Shown piece after piece: positions 1 to 14,082 of a DNA stretch of 64,000 nt. The DNA is from Dimorphilus gyrociliatus (taxonomy: Eukaryota > Animalia > Annelida). A program made the position numbers and the translations under genes. Below the pieces are notes generated by a model. It had not been told where the DNA came from. It was given only the letters and a program-made list of their open reading frames with translations, and did no database searches. The stretch's first letter is position 1, and each line of letters begins with the position of its first letter. The DNA is taken from assembly GCA_904063045.1 (NCBI GenBank), contig CAJFCJ010000012.1, positions 744,001-808,000 on the forward strand. Direction: 5' to 3'.

Positions 1-3000
1 TGATATTCTAAATGTATAATTTACAAAATACACGCCAATAAAATTCCTTTACATTTTATATTTGGTAAATCTGTTAGGTTTTGTACTACTCTTGATATTT
101 ATCCTGTTCTCGTTAAGAGACAAGTGATTTATTCAACACAAAAGTTTCTACATAGTACTGTTAACTTAGTAAGAAGTCTAATTAGCCAACTGAAATAATC
201 CGATTAAAGTCTCTCTCACCCTCCCTCTATCCACCCTCGTTCTCACTCTCTCACCCTTTTATTCTTTTTCCTTTTCCTTCTCGTCCTTTTTCTAGGCACC
301 CTTATGTTCCTTTTAATAAAAAGTCTAAATACTCCCCTCTTTAGCAATAAATGAAAAAACTTAAACAAGTGATTAAAATACCATCCAATTTGTTTAATAG
401 TACAAATATAGTATTTAGTAATTAAAAATAAATGCAATTGGAATATATAAATAAGGTTTTATTAATGAAATCTCTATTATGTCTATCTTTAATCTGATAA
501 AAACACTTGAGAGTTTTCGTAAACGGTAGAAAGAACTAAGGTGAGCAAGCTTTATTACGAAGAATCTAGCAGTAGAACTTTTATATGAAACAAACCATTA
601 AAAGATAACACGATTGTTCACTGGACCGTTATTGATGGACTGTAAACTGGCTTAAAGGCAAAAATCTCTACTGATTAAAATCTTATGAAGAAAAAAAAGT
701 CAAACTAATGTTTAAAGAGAGACAAGGACAGGAAAAGAAGGGAGAAAGTGCAGAGTGAGAGAGAGAGAGAGAGAAGGGTAGAAATACTATGAGGAGACGA
801 ATAAGTAAAAGTAAAATGAGAGAAAGGAGACATAATTATGGAGCTTTTAATTAAATGTAAATTTATTACTAATTAATTCCTTTCAATAATTTTAATGAAG
901 TAACTGCTCAAAGAAAACATATTTCAGTGAATGTCTCTAGGAATCATCTACTAAAAATTTTTCGCCTTTGTTTGATAGATTGTTGTATGACAAAAGGCAT
1001 ATGAAGAAAAGAACAACCAAGATTTCTGTTTTCTCGTCTGTTTATCATTTCTCTCCTTGTCCCTCTCCTGTTTGCTTCTTCACTCTCTCTCTCTCTCTCT
1101 ATTCCATTCTTTTATCTCTTGTCCCCTATTTCATTTTGCTCTCAGTCTGTACCCCTGTCCCCTTTTCTATTTTCATCCATTCATTCTATCTTTCTATCAT
1201 TCTGTCAAACGCTATATAAAACTAGAAAAGACCGTTAAATGTACAATTTTTTTCCTTTTCTTTATTTTTTTATGTCTAATTTGGGAGTTTTGGAGTTGTA
1301 AAAGCAGAAGAGAATATTCTTTAAAGCTTTTATATACTAATATATTTGTACTGTATATATGCTATATATATACATACTATTCTAAAAAACTGATATATAG
1401 TTTACTAATACATTTTTATATTTACATATAGGTATACTGTATATATATATATTTGAAATGATGATAACTATTTTATATCTCTCATCAAGACAGTAAAAAG
1501 TAAAAACATTGATTATTTTCTTTCGATACAGGACTAAATGTTACATAGAGTAGAGAGATAGACAAATTGAATTTCCTTTTTCTAGATACCACATATGTAG
1601 AAAAGCTTTTTATACAAAATAAAAGGATGAAATGAAATGAAATGGTTGGGAAAAAAGTATATAAGATTCCTTTTCTGTATTTTTTTCAAGTTTCTCTCTT
1701 CAAGGTAAAATAATTTAGAGGAATACATTCTCTATCCATAATATTATACTATTATACGTAATTTATACATAAAAGTTATAGGAATATATTGAATAATCTT
1801 TCGTAAAATCCTGAATTCTCATAAGCACTTAAAGAGAGAGAGAGAGAGAGAGAGGGGGTGAAGAAGCGGAAAAAGCTTAAATGGAAAAAACAGATAGAAA
1901 CGGTAGTAAGAAAAGAATAGAAGAAATAATAAACAAACTATGTAAAATTACAAATACGAAAGGAAGTAATTCTATTGTAGAAATTTATATAAAAATATCA
2001 GTAACATATGCCAAACACACACACGCACAACAAATCTTTGTTATGTATAAAAACAAGAGAGAAAGTAATTTTTAAAGTTACTCACCTGCTTTTCAAAACG
2101 TTAATATTTTTTCAAACATCAAGGCGTATATTCTCTAAATAAACTTGGGCCAATGGCGATTATCACCTCCCTAAACCAACTGCAAAATATATTTTTTCCT
2201 CTTCTTTTTCTTACAAAGTAAAAAGTCACGTGATCTAAAAATACTTTTATATTATTTTTAGATAAACATTCTTTTTTCCACTTTATGTAAGTTTAATGTT
2301 TAAATTTCTTTCTAGCAATTTTCTTTTCGTTAAGAGAAATTTAGAGAAAAAAATTTTTGTGGAAAAAAAGAAAGAAGCTATACGATCTATAACAAGCGAC
2401 GACAATATTTGACGTTTTGGACGCCTATCTTACATGTTGCATCGCTTCAGAGCAGCCTCGTTTGGGATTTAGCGAATGAGTTACCTACCATTTTATTTTA
2501 GAATATTTTTTATGAAAAACATCTATTTTGAATTTTACTTCTCAGGATAACAAAATTTAGCTAGTTATATCCATTATTATAGTAGGCCTAATTATATTAA
2601 ATAACAGCCCCAATTTTCATAGGTTATTAGGCGTGTATGTTGGATAATTTTCACTTAATATTAAATACAGAAAAAAGGTAATAATAGAAAAAGATAGATG
2701 GAAAATGAATGAATATTTTTTGAAAAAGTTTACTTTATTATTATTATTTTTCTTTATAATTTAATAGTTTATTTTAGCAAACTTTTAATCCAAATTGATT
2801 AATTTAACAGTCCTTAAGCCAAGTCGATTCCGGTTTGTTTTACAATTGACAAGCATAAGGGTGTTTTCCCATAATCAATAGTATATTATATAGTTAGTAA
2901 TGTTTTACAGTTGATCTTCTTGTTGATTTAAATACAAAAGTAGAAGGGAATTTGTAATAATTCAATTAATTGAATTATTTAATAATTAAGTATATTGTCT

Positions 3001-4634
3001 CTAATAGAAAGAGACAATAAAATAAACAGATTAGAAAACCAGGCAAAGTTAGCAAAGATTTCAAGACTGATTTGTCTTGTTTTCCCTGGGTAAAGTTCAA
3101 CGTATCTGACAAACTTGATCTTAGAGGAGGGGGAGGGAGAGAAGGTGAAATGTAAAGATAAAAAAGGAGTAGTACAAAAAGAAGTAGCGTGAGTGAAACT
3201 AGAAAAAAATACGACAGATGTACGAACCGGTATTGTTATTTTTGTTTACTTTTTCACGCTACTAAAGCAAACAGAGTACAAACTATAACAAGGCACGAAG
3301 CTTTTCGATGCTATTTTACCCCTGCTACTTCCCTGTCTGAGGTTATAGAGTAATTTCGGAAACTGGCTGTCTTTATTGATTGACAAACCTCGTTTGTCAG
3401 GTCTACTGACTTTAACCTTTCTAGGATTTCGAGCCCAAGGTCATCGAACAATGTGATAAGGGTTAATAAAATAGAATAGCTACTTATTTAAGGAAAAGAA
3501 ATCTACGTAGGTTCAGTTAGTTATGCATATTAAAATAATATAAAATTAGGAATAACGATTGTTAGCGATAAAGTTCACTTTATAAAAACTCTATCTAAAA
3601 GACTTTTTCTTTATTAGAGTATTTTATCATAGCCTTGGTTAATTATTATTAATGAATAAAGTAGAAAATTTTGTTATTCCTTCAATTAAAGACTCTTTTT
3701 TCCACGGAAATACATTAGAACCTTCAATCAATAACTCTCTAATCGTTTAATGAAGTTCTTTCCCTTTCGATTTGAGTAGGATAAACTGTTATTGTTTTCC
3801 GTTAACAGTACGAAATAATCAATTGATATTAAAAGCTGCATAAATTAATTACTGACCAAATGAGATAATAAATTATAAACTACATTTTCAATAGGCAGCT
3901 AACGTTTTTTTCTAATTCAAAGCCAGATCCCAACTACTAGAGATTATCGTTATTCTTCATATAAAAGCAACATTAATAGATTTTGATATAAAGGTAAGGG
4001 GAAGGGTAATATTTTTATTTTTTACAGTTCAATAATTATCTTCCTAAGCTTTTGATTAACATCCTCTTATATTTTCTATACAGTTAATTATAAAGCCAAT
4101 TCTTTATAATCATTTAGAAATAACGTTCTAATTAATATTTGCTTAATATTAGTTTTAGTATAAGCCAAAAAAAAAATGGAAATTTTACATGCATAACATA
4201 AAAAACCCCTATGTAAGGAATCTTTTAAACTAAAGAGAAAAACAACAAAGAAGAGTCGTTCAATATGTTACATTTCGATTTATTTAAGCCTAGCCGTTGA
4301 ATATGGCGACGAAAGACTGCATATATACATATTATATAAGTCAATAAATCCTATTTTATTGTTTTTTATCCCAAATTCAATTTTAATCATTTTTATGAAA
4401 AGTTCAAGTAGTAAAGAGAAATTTCTCTATAGATTTCATAAGAAAACAAACATTTGTCTATTTTTACTATTGTAATAATTAAATACATAGAAACAAAAAC
4501 AAACTTATTGAATAATAGAAATCTATCTCCCTCATCTAGAGGTCTGAAATTCTAACTAACAATAGATTTTCTTCTTTTAAAAAGGCAAGTACTATTACTA
4601 TTAAAACTTGGATTCTACTGCCAGTGAAACGACA

Positions 4635-6477
4635 ATGAAGTTTTTAACCGTGCTCGTTCTTTTTTTCTACCTTTGTTATATTTCAGAAGGTTTGATTTAT
4701 TAATATCTAAGCGGTAAAGTGTATAAATGTATATATATATATATATACAGTATTTTTTTATTCTATATGTACATTATCCAGTACATAGAGGTTAAGAGTT
4801 TTCGTCCTCTTTATATAGCCATCATTGATCATATGGGAATGAAAGTATTCAAAGGGAAAATACTCGATTGGACTGGTAAATACAATAAAAAAAAATTTTC
4901 TAACGTGGAAAATTACTACGATAACGACGCTATCTTATATGCTCCCGGAAGCGATGTTGTCCAAGGAAGGAAGAATATTAAAAGAATTTTACAACAAAAT
5001 AGAGAAGACTTTGCAGTTGGAAATCTTTCCAGATTACTTAGTAATATAAAATTTTCGGATTCAAAAAGATCAGCAATAGTAACTGGTCGATTTATACAAC
5101 TCGGCGGTAAAGATTATAAAACAGCAAAGAAAGTTCACGGATTGTAAGGGATTATCTTATTTTTTTCCCTCTTCTTTCATATCATTTTAATACGAAGTTT
5201 TAGAACTTCCAAATTAAATAAGAAGTTTAAAGAAAGAGATAAATTGATGAGTAAAACAAAGCTTATTAAGTAAATGTTTATCACTATTTCTATTCATCAG
5301 AGTCACTGGGGTAATCACTTAGGCGGTTAAAATAGTCTCAAAGGACTATAAGAAATTCCATCTAAGCAAAATATAACACAGATGAGTTTTTTTTTTCTTG
5401 TCTCTTTCTTTTCCCCTTCTCAATTCATTTAGCAATTTTTAATTCAATTGCATAATTACTGTTTTCTCGTTCAGAAGTGATTTTTTTAATTTTTTGAACT
5501 TAACTCATAAAAAAATATTTACCCAAGTAAATTTTACTAAAAGAGAGGGAGAGAGAGAGGAAGGAAGATAGAGATAGAGATAGAGATAGAGGGATAAGAT
5601 AAAAAGAAGGAAAAAGAGTTATCCTAAAAATGGTTGAGGAAAAAAACAGCTTAGAAAGATTATATCCTGTATTTGAAAGAAAAGAGAACTAAAGAGTTTT
5701 TTGGGAATCGTTTTAAAGGGTTTTTCTTTCAGTCATAAGTAATTCGAATTGCATCCTAAACATAGTAAGAACAAGACATAAGACTTTTAAATAACGTATT
5801 TCCAAAGTTTCAGTTACATCCAATCCAAGCCCCAAGACCTAATTCACGATTCTTAAAGTATCTATTTTACTCTTTCTTTACCACTTATATTTTGTGTCTA
5901 GTGGAGAATAAAGTATGTAGTTACTTCAATTTATAAAACCGGAGTAACATCCTGTTTGCGTCAACTCCAGATACTGTTTTTTATTTTCTTGAAAACTAAT
6001 AAAATATTACAAAATTCGAGAACTTCTATGAAGAAGTATATACGTAACTCTTTTTAACATTAATTAAACCTTAAAGAAGCCATTTACTCATTAATTTATG
6101 TAAATTTTATTCAAGTAACTTCTTATTGTCATAATATAATTATATGCATTTATATCCTACGCTATCTACTATACAGTTAATATAATATAATAATTAAATT
6201 TATCTAAAATATTCAGATCTTAGCCAAAAGGCATATTTTTATTTATGGTAAAAAGTTTCTTTTTGACCTATTTTCCTTAGATTATTATTCTCTTTATAAT
6301 ATATTTTAATAATATTTCCTCTAGGCAAAATAATTTTTTAATACTTGACATGCGAATATACTATATTTTTCTTCATTTTGCAGTTATACGGAAATCTGGA
6401 TGAAAAATTTAGAAGGAAATTGGAAAATTCACTTTCAAATGTTTAACGTTGAATTAAATCAACTTAGTCCGCATTAA
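4635..6477 (+). CDS. Secreted NTF2/SnoaL-like (DUF4440-type) protein, 3 exons (4635-4689, 4789-5143, 6384-6477)
   Basis: Signal-peptide exon MKFLTVLVLFFYLCYISE, then phase-consistent GT-AG joins (phase 1, then phase 2). The spliced protein has YYDNDAILYAPGSDVVQGRKNI and ends HGFYTEIWMKNLEGNWKIHFQMFN, matching the DUF4440/ketosteroid-isomerase-like pattern. Confidence 0.75.
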
Positions 6478-7182
6478 CAACTTTAGAATTATACCTGTAT
6501 TCTTTTTTGCATGTTGTAAGAAAAAATTACTTGAAAATTGCTTTGTTTTGTACCTGGTAGTTAAATTAGGGCTATACTAACTTATACTCAGTATACATAT
6601 GTATGTATATTTACCCCTGTAATACGTATATACGATACATTTTGCACCTGTTATATGATAAAAAACTAATAGGAAGCGCCATCTCCTTTACAAGTTTGTA
6701 ATTCAGACATAGTTATTTAATTTAATATACTGTATATTCATTACTGAACCAATTGTATTTGTGTTGAGAAAAGAATATATCAAATACTACTATACAAGGT
6801 CAAAGCACATTATTAAAAATATTCAATCTCTATTATACATATTTATATATATTAGTAATATATGTATATAAATATTTTCATGTTTGCTCTTGAATTTATT
6901 GTCATTTCCAACACGAGCAAAACCAGAAACTATTGATGAAAATGAATCTTTCGGTTACATTTGATTAAAAAACCTAATAAAATAATTGAAAAAAGAGTTT
7001 CCATTTAAAATTTAAATAATAATAGATAATATTACTCCCATAACTTCCCCAGATGATTACTACAGGTATGAAAAGCATGTTAATATAATAATGTATATAA
7101 AAAAAAACAATTCATAGAGTGAATCACGAGCTTAATGAGTATATAAATGACTGGCTGAAGAGAAAGAATTTAGAATATCATT

Positions 7183-7488
7183 ATGTCTTCATCCGATAGC
7201 AATTTAAAACGTACTACTTCAGCTCCAGTTGAAATTGATGAGAAGCGATCAATGAAGGAACCTATTAAATATTCCCAATTTTCCTACGATTCAAGAGATA
7301 GAAACGTTAAATTTAATAATGTTCCTGAAAGAAGATTCAAGCCAAAACTTCAAAGAATGCCCACGCCCTATGTTAAAGACGATATTCAAGAGGAAAATAC
7401 AAAGAGACTTGTAAGACAGCAAAACGTTAAAACTTCAATAAGAAAGTTATCTGAGATTTGGGACGAGAATAAGGAAGGTAACAATTAA
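7183..7488 (+). CDS. Orphan 101-aa hydrophilic protein with kinase-site and RVxF-like motifs
   Basis: Single uninterrupted ATG-to-stop ORF with natural charged composition in otherwise AT-rich DNA. Motifs RNVKF, RMPTP, RKLS. No family recognised. Confidence 0.55.
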   Translation: MSSSDSNLKRTTSAPVEIDEKRSMKEPIKYSQFSYDSRDRNVKFNNVPERRFKPKLQRMPTPYVKDDIQEENTKRLVRQQNVKTSIRKLSEIWDENKEGNN

Positions 7489-8580
7489 CAGAAAGAAGGA
7501 GAGAGCGAGAAAGAGTGAGAATGAAGCAAATGGAAAAGAACAGAGCATATTTTTATAAAAGAAAGAATAAGAAATTTTTTTACTAACTACGTAATATTTT
7601 TTGTTTTGCATTAAGCTATTAAAGAAGATAAAAATATCTTGTTATACAAATTATCTAGCGCAAAATAAAAATATTATAGATATATACCGTTTTCCAATAC
7701 AAATTATTATCAAACGTATATACATTTACGCTATATAGATGTATGTATGTACATTTGTATTTAAAGGTGAAAACCTCTTAAAGATATTGTTTCCATTAAA
7801 AATAAAAGATTACGCAATAAATTTCAAGATACTTTTTCTTCTTTTCTTTTTTATTAAGCAATTAATCATTTTTAAGTGTTATTTTACTTGCACTAATTAT
7901 TCTTGTGGTATATTTTTTATTCTACAAGGTCTTTTGTTAGTATTTTCCATTCGTAGAAAAGGGATATTCAATGACATTCTCATAAAAAAATAAATTCTGT
8001 TTATAGAATTGTATCTATCGTGTTTTTTGTCTCTCTTTCTCTTGTTGTTGTTTTTTTTTTATTTATATTAAATTGTTTTGCTTTAAAAAAGAACAAGCTC
8101 CGTTTAAATGTTTTATACTGTATATATATATATATATATATATAGAAGAGTAAAATGCTTGTATTGTATATACCTACAGTTTCTAAAAGCACAGTAAGAT
8201 AAACATTAATTGTCATCGGTTGTACTTCATTATGATTAACGAAGCATGGAACTTTGCATGCTTTTCCTTTTCTCTTAGAATATATATATGTATATAAATA
8301 TAGATAGACAGATAGATATTTCTTTTCATATATATTGTATATATATATATTTATATAAACACAAAGCACAAACTTTGCAGTAGATATGCTTTTTATATAT
8401 GTAAACAGTATATTAATACAATATATTTCTTTAAGCAAACTGTTTTAAATGTATAATAGGCAGACAAGAATTCAAAGAAAGCTCTTTGATTATCATCATC
8501 ATCATTTTCATTTCTTTCATGCACATTGGACATTTGCTAATGTAAAACACTATCTTTTTTTTGACATATAACTTAAAACA

Positions 8581-8594
8581 GCGCCCTCTAGTGC
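8581..8594 (-). promoter_or_regulatory. CTCF-like motif
   Basis: The minus strand reads GCACTAGAGGGCGC, a close match to the CTCF core consensus. It is an isolated GC-rich element between two convergent genes. Confidence 0.4.
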
Positions 8595-9060
8595 ATTTGA
8601 CTGGAATCAAATTAATAATCTTCGTCAGCGTTTGAGTCTTCTTAAATCTCTTAGAATGATTATCAAGTTTCAGAGATCATTAACGAAAGTTAGAAACTTA
8701 AAGATTATATTCACTGATATTGTATCTATGTATGCATTTATAAGTTAGCAATATGCAGTTTATGTATATAACATACATTTATATAGTTTATATATAGATA
8801 CAAGTTTGTATAACATTAGCGTATACATATAGATATATAGACAAACCTATATGAGTTAACTGGACAAATATATACGCGTACATTAACCATCTTTGAACTG
8901 GAATGAAATCTAACAAGAGGCACTAGAAAAGTTGAATGTTTAAAGAAATATGTTCTGTTAATACATAAGAATATACATATAGAAGTTTTCAATACATAAA
9001 ACGGAAAAAGAATGCCAATTCTAAGCAAAATAACTCATATGCCCACAGAGAACTTTATTT

Positions 9061-10500
9061 TTAATTTGAACTTAGAATGATTTTATATCCATATTTAATT
9101 TTTTCGTCTAAAGGAACACATGATTCATTTGATTGATATTTAGGTAGACCTTGCGAATTTTGAACAGAGATCGACCATTTTTCACTGAATATTTTACCAA
9201 CCCTTTTTAAAACAGAACAATTATCTCCTCTATATACTTCAACTTTTTGCGTTCTACTTAATTTTGATAAGACTGTTTTTACAGTTTCATCATTAGAAAT
9301 GTCTAATTCTTTAACCTCCTTTTTATCACCGTCAATTACTGCAATTGTCACTTTGTTTCTCTGAAACTAAATCACGTAATTACTCAATTTCATTATATAA
9401 AAGAATATAATAAAAACTTTTATAAAGAATATAGAATAGAAGGGAAAAGAAACTAACCGGAGTCCACGGCGCTTTCGAAATGTTCAAATCTTTTATCGGT
9501 AACTATATAATGGTAAAGAAAAGCAATTAATAAGACTAATATCTCGTATTATTTGCCCTACTAATTCTAGATTATTGAAAGAATTATTTATAGAGTAAAT
9601 ATATCGATGTTATATACAATCGAAAAAAGCTATTACATTATTAAATTATACATTTATATGATAAATACTTATTATACAAAAAAGAAGAAGAAGAACAAGA
9701 AGAAGAAAAAAAGTAGGAAATGTAAAAATAAGAACTTTTCAATATAATTAAAGAGAATTAAATGTGTTAAGCCTTTTTAAAATTTGATTTTGTTTTCCAA
9801 TTTCATTTTCTTAGATTTAATAAGCAAAATAAAGTTTGGTTTATATTTTAAATTCTCCTCGACCACATTTATTGGATAATTAACTTCTATATTTAGCATT
9901 TCTGGAGAAAGAATTTTCATTAAAATGTAATCTTATCCGAAGAAATATGATTCAATTTCTTTATTCAGATAGTCTTTACTATAGTCATTACGAAATTTTC
10001 AACTCTTTAACTAACTATTATCATTGCTTCCTGAAGATATTCTTTTTTTGTTTTTATTTTTGTTTTTTCCTCTTCTTTTCAAAGTTATTGATCTTTTTTT
10101 TATTTGTCTTAAAAGTCGTTTACAGTTTGGAATTCATTTTTTACCTTTTTACGTGAATTGTCCTTAAGACGATTTAAGTAAAAGTGAATATTATTGATTA
10201 AATATATCCTACTTTCTAGGAGTCATTAAATCAAAATGGAAAATATAGTAACAAACTAACCTTCGGACTAATATTTTTCTTGACTGTTCTTAAAATTTCC
10301 TCTTCGTCAAAGCTTTTATCTAGCTGGCGGACAATTGAACCCAAGTTTTCCATAGTTGGTTGACAAGCATTTGGTGAACTTCTATGAGCTTTCATTTTGC
10401 TTATTGCACTTTGAATGTACTTTAGTCTAATGATAAATGATCTCGAATCGTCGGTCAAACAGAATGAAAGAAATAGAGAGCAAACTAGAATTCTAAACAT
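9061..10500 (-). CDS. Secreted 194-aa protein, 3 exons (10500-10261, 9502-9458, 9360-9061), with a C-terminal beta-grasp/DUF4430-like domain
   Basis: Signal peptide MFRILVCSLFLSFCLT. Two gttagt donors and tag/cag acceptors, all phase 0, join the two ORF-track fragments through a 45-nt exon (LPIKDLNISKAPWTP) with no stop. Confidence 0.7.
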
Positions 10501-12359
10501 ATTTCAAAGTTGATAATTAAATTGTGGAGTGAACGATTCTACTGCTTCTCTACAAGTGATTTTAGCGTCTCTAAGAGCCACCCACGCCTCATGAATAATG
10601 ATATGCGAAAGACAGGCGTCACAGAAAAGGGAGCATATTTAAATGTCTAATGTTTATGAGAGGTTAATTAACAACTGAAAATTTCAAAACCCTCGATACA
10701 AAAAGATTTATCTACTAAAGAAATGTTTATGAAGGAAAAAGTCTGCTTACTCATGTGGTTCATCCAGTGCTCTATCTACCAGGCAATATCATACACCACA
10801 CCCTTTAAAAAAGCAAGTACTTTAATTCGGGTTCCCATTTATTAAGTTACTACAAAGAAAGAACTTGATTAAACGCGTGAATGAGAGGAATAAATTAACC
10901 TTTTTGAATAACTTAGTTGTACAACAAAATCATCCAAAATTTAGACAAAACTAACTTTTTATTACACATAATAACAATAATTGCAAAGTCAATTTCTTCT
11001 TAATAATTAATTTCCTCTTTTTCTTTTTAATGTTCAGTACAATAGATTTATCTCTACCTTTTCACTTTGTTTACATCTTTTGTTCATTTGCCTTGCGTAC
11101 AGAGCACTTTTACTACAAATTGTATTCTAAAGCGATAGTTATAATAATAATAATAATTGTCATAATCATTTTATATATAGTTTAAAGTGGGATAGATAAG
11201 GAATTTTTATATTACCCAATTAGAAACTTTTCAAAGTAATTTATTAAGTAAAGGATAAAAATGGAAAGGACAAAAAAAGAAGAAAAGCAAACTACAAAGC
11301 CTGTTCGTTTGAGGAAATATGAATAGCGTCAGTCAGTTGAGCGAAATTTCATCGGTACAAATTTCTTTATCTAAGCAACCTATTACCTTGTATAGAAAGG
11401 GATTAAAAGAACTTATCTTTTACAAAGTGGCAACTCTAGTCCATCTGAAATTAAGTTAACAATTAAAAATGTAATTCTGTTCTTTCTATAAAAAGACGAC
11501 AAAGAATATGAGCTTCTGACTTTCTTTGTATCGTTGGGTAGAGAATTTTAATGATAAAGATGATAATAATTATAATAATAATCTTATTTTTTAGATTTAT
11601 ATATATTTCGTCTAATTAATAATTCATTATTTCCTACTGACTTGATATTGGAGAAATTATCCTTCCGAAATGATAACTATCTATTGAAATATAGATAACA
11701 ATGATCATTTGGATAAAGAATTAACCTACATAAATATCAAAGAAACCAATAACGGTTAGAAAATAAGAAACAGCTTAAATTTTTTAGAGAAGCGGCTAGT
11801 TCTTTTGTTAATTAGCTATCTTGTTCTCGGTCCTTGCGTCTTTTCTATAACTCCTTATTTCTCTCTTTCTTTCCTTCTTTTCTTCCTTTTTTCCATTCTA
11901 TGAGTCCATCTATCTTATTTTTCCCAAAGTAGATCTTTCCTGTCTTCATCATTTCTTCTTAAATCTTAGCAGTCACAAAAAAAGATTACATATACAAACA
12001 CCTAAATTTTGCAAATGGTATACTGCTGAAAAAGGAAACTTCTTTATTGGCTTCTTTTGTTGCATCAAAGCCTTAATTCTGCCTCTTTCTTGCATGCTAA
12101 GAATATTCATTTTTTTTATTTCTATACAAGTGAAATAAAAAAATTAGGCCTATTTCTTATTTTCTTGAATTGTAATTATATGTCTTGTTTTGTTTCGAAA
12201 GGGTTCTTAAATTATTTTTATATTTTCTGTCAATAAAAAAAGTATGTATCGTTTTTATGTTTTCCAAGAATTATATATAGATGCAGGACATATTTTAAGA
12301 GGATAAATATTCTCCATAAGAGATATAAGGAGTTATAGTGCAGAAATGATATGAAGAAC

Positions 12360-12390
<31 letters not shown>

Positions 12391-12460
12391 CATAGAGAGA
12401 GAGAAGGAAACATAAAGACAGGGATATAGAGAGTGAGAGTAAGCGAGCGAGCAAGCAAGC

Positions 12461-12493
<33 letters not shown>

Positions 12494-12495
12494 GA
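12360..12495. repeat. Compound (GA)n microsatellite
   Basis: Directly visible GA/AG runs interrupted by GCGA/GCAA units; explains the spurious LS-rich ORFs here. Confidence 0.9.
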
Positions 12496-13187
12496 GGGTA
12501 GGGAGTACAGTAAGGTTTTAGTATTTTATTGCAAATCCTGCTGAAAAAGCATAAAACTGTCTCACGCACTCTTCGTATTGCCTTGATCGTTCTCAAAAAT
12601 TTTGAAATTTTATTCCAATTAACGAAGTTTGATGAGAAAATTACAACAGTTTTTAAAATGTCATGAGGAAGTTGATCTTGATGGAATTACGTAATGTTTA
12701 CATTTTCTGAATGTGTAATAAATAATTTCATATTTGACGTCAGTTTCTTTAATTAGTTATATTTTCTCTTAAAAAATCTTTACATTATTTTTTATTTGAG
12801 CTGTTTATTTATATATTAATAATAGAAAATTTCTGATAAATGATCTGATCTACAGATGGCGATGAAGACAAACGCAATTAAATAATATGCTTTTCTATTT
12901 ACAGATGGCGTGATAGTTTCTATTAATTATTTATTCTGATGATGATGATGCTCCCATTAGTACAGTAGTATAAAGTGTACTATATTTATATACCTATAAT
13001 TCAACCGCAACGCACGTTAGAACCTTGATACTGACCTTCTTTTGATTTGCTAACAAAAGTGAAGAGTACACATTTCTTTGAATATTTTGTTTTCATCCAA
13101 TTCTAACAAATTAAATCGGCTCTGATAATATAATGCAAATGTTTATTGGCTTTTTTTAAAGCTATCTTCTACTAATCATTAAAGTGG

Positions 13188-13213
13188 TATATATATATAT
13201 ATATATATATATA
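13188..13213. repeat. (TA)n microsatellite
   Basis: Perfect TA run. Confidence 0.95.
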
Positions 13214-14082
13214 CTATTTATCGGTGGGGGATGGTTCAATGATATAATATAGCAATAAATCTATTAAAATATTAAATATTTAAATGCCATATATAGAAAA
13301 TTTTATATAAAATCAATTGAAGGTCTTCTGATAGCTTAGAGAAACCTTACACATAAGTGAAAGGTTTATATAGAATACTTTAAAATAAATGATGCGGATA
13401 TTAAGATATTGAGTCGGTGAGGAGAGATGAGCAAGAAAAAGATACTAATAGATTTTATATTCTTTCTTAGCTTCAGCGAAAAGAAAAAACCCTCTTTCAG
13501 GTAACTCATTAAAATTAGTAATTTGGATATTCTAATTCTTAATATTTCTATAATATAAAGAGCTTAGCATCTTCATTTACGTCAGCCGCGATATAAACAA
13601 TTCAATTAGACACATATTCAATCATCTTTTATGTGGCACTTGGAGAACATTTGAAAGGATTTTCAGAAAGAGAAAATAACATTAGAAACGACCAAGAGTG
13701 CAAATACACTTATTTAGTAAGGAATACAGCTTTCTCTTTCTGAAATAAGGAGCATAATCTTTAATGCTAGCCTTCTTTAACTTGATTAATTAGAATAGCG
13801 AATCTAAATTTCAACCGGATACACAGAAAAGCTAATCTAAAAATATGCAAATCAAAAGTATCTTGAAATTTTTTGCGACAAACTGATACCAGTTTAATTG
13901 CAAGAACATGTATCGACGTTTACCTGTACTGCAAAAATCGCATACGAATAGCGTTATTAGTTCTTTATGGCACGAACACTATTCACATAATCAATATTCA
14001 ATGATCAGTGCACTTCTCCGTTGCAGTAGATTTTTGTAGCGTGCATACGCGTACAGAAACATAGCGCACGAGAAAAAGAGAA

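Noticed and set aside
243-2075. Short ORFs at 243-437, 968-1431 and 1881-2075
   Set aside because: Low-complexity F/L/I/K-rich translations of AT-rich and CT/GA-repeat DNA, with no motifs or coherent splice model.
12230-12596. LS-rich ORFs (also 25039-25237, 32910-33213 and 40800-41087)
   Set aside because: Translations of (GA)n/(CT)n microsatellites.
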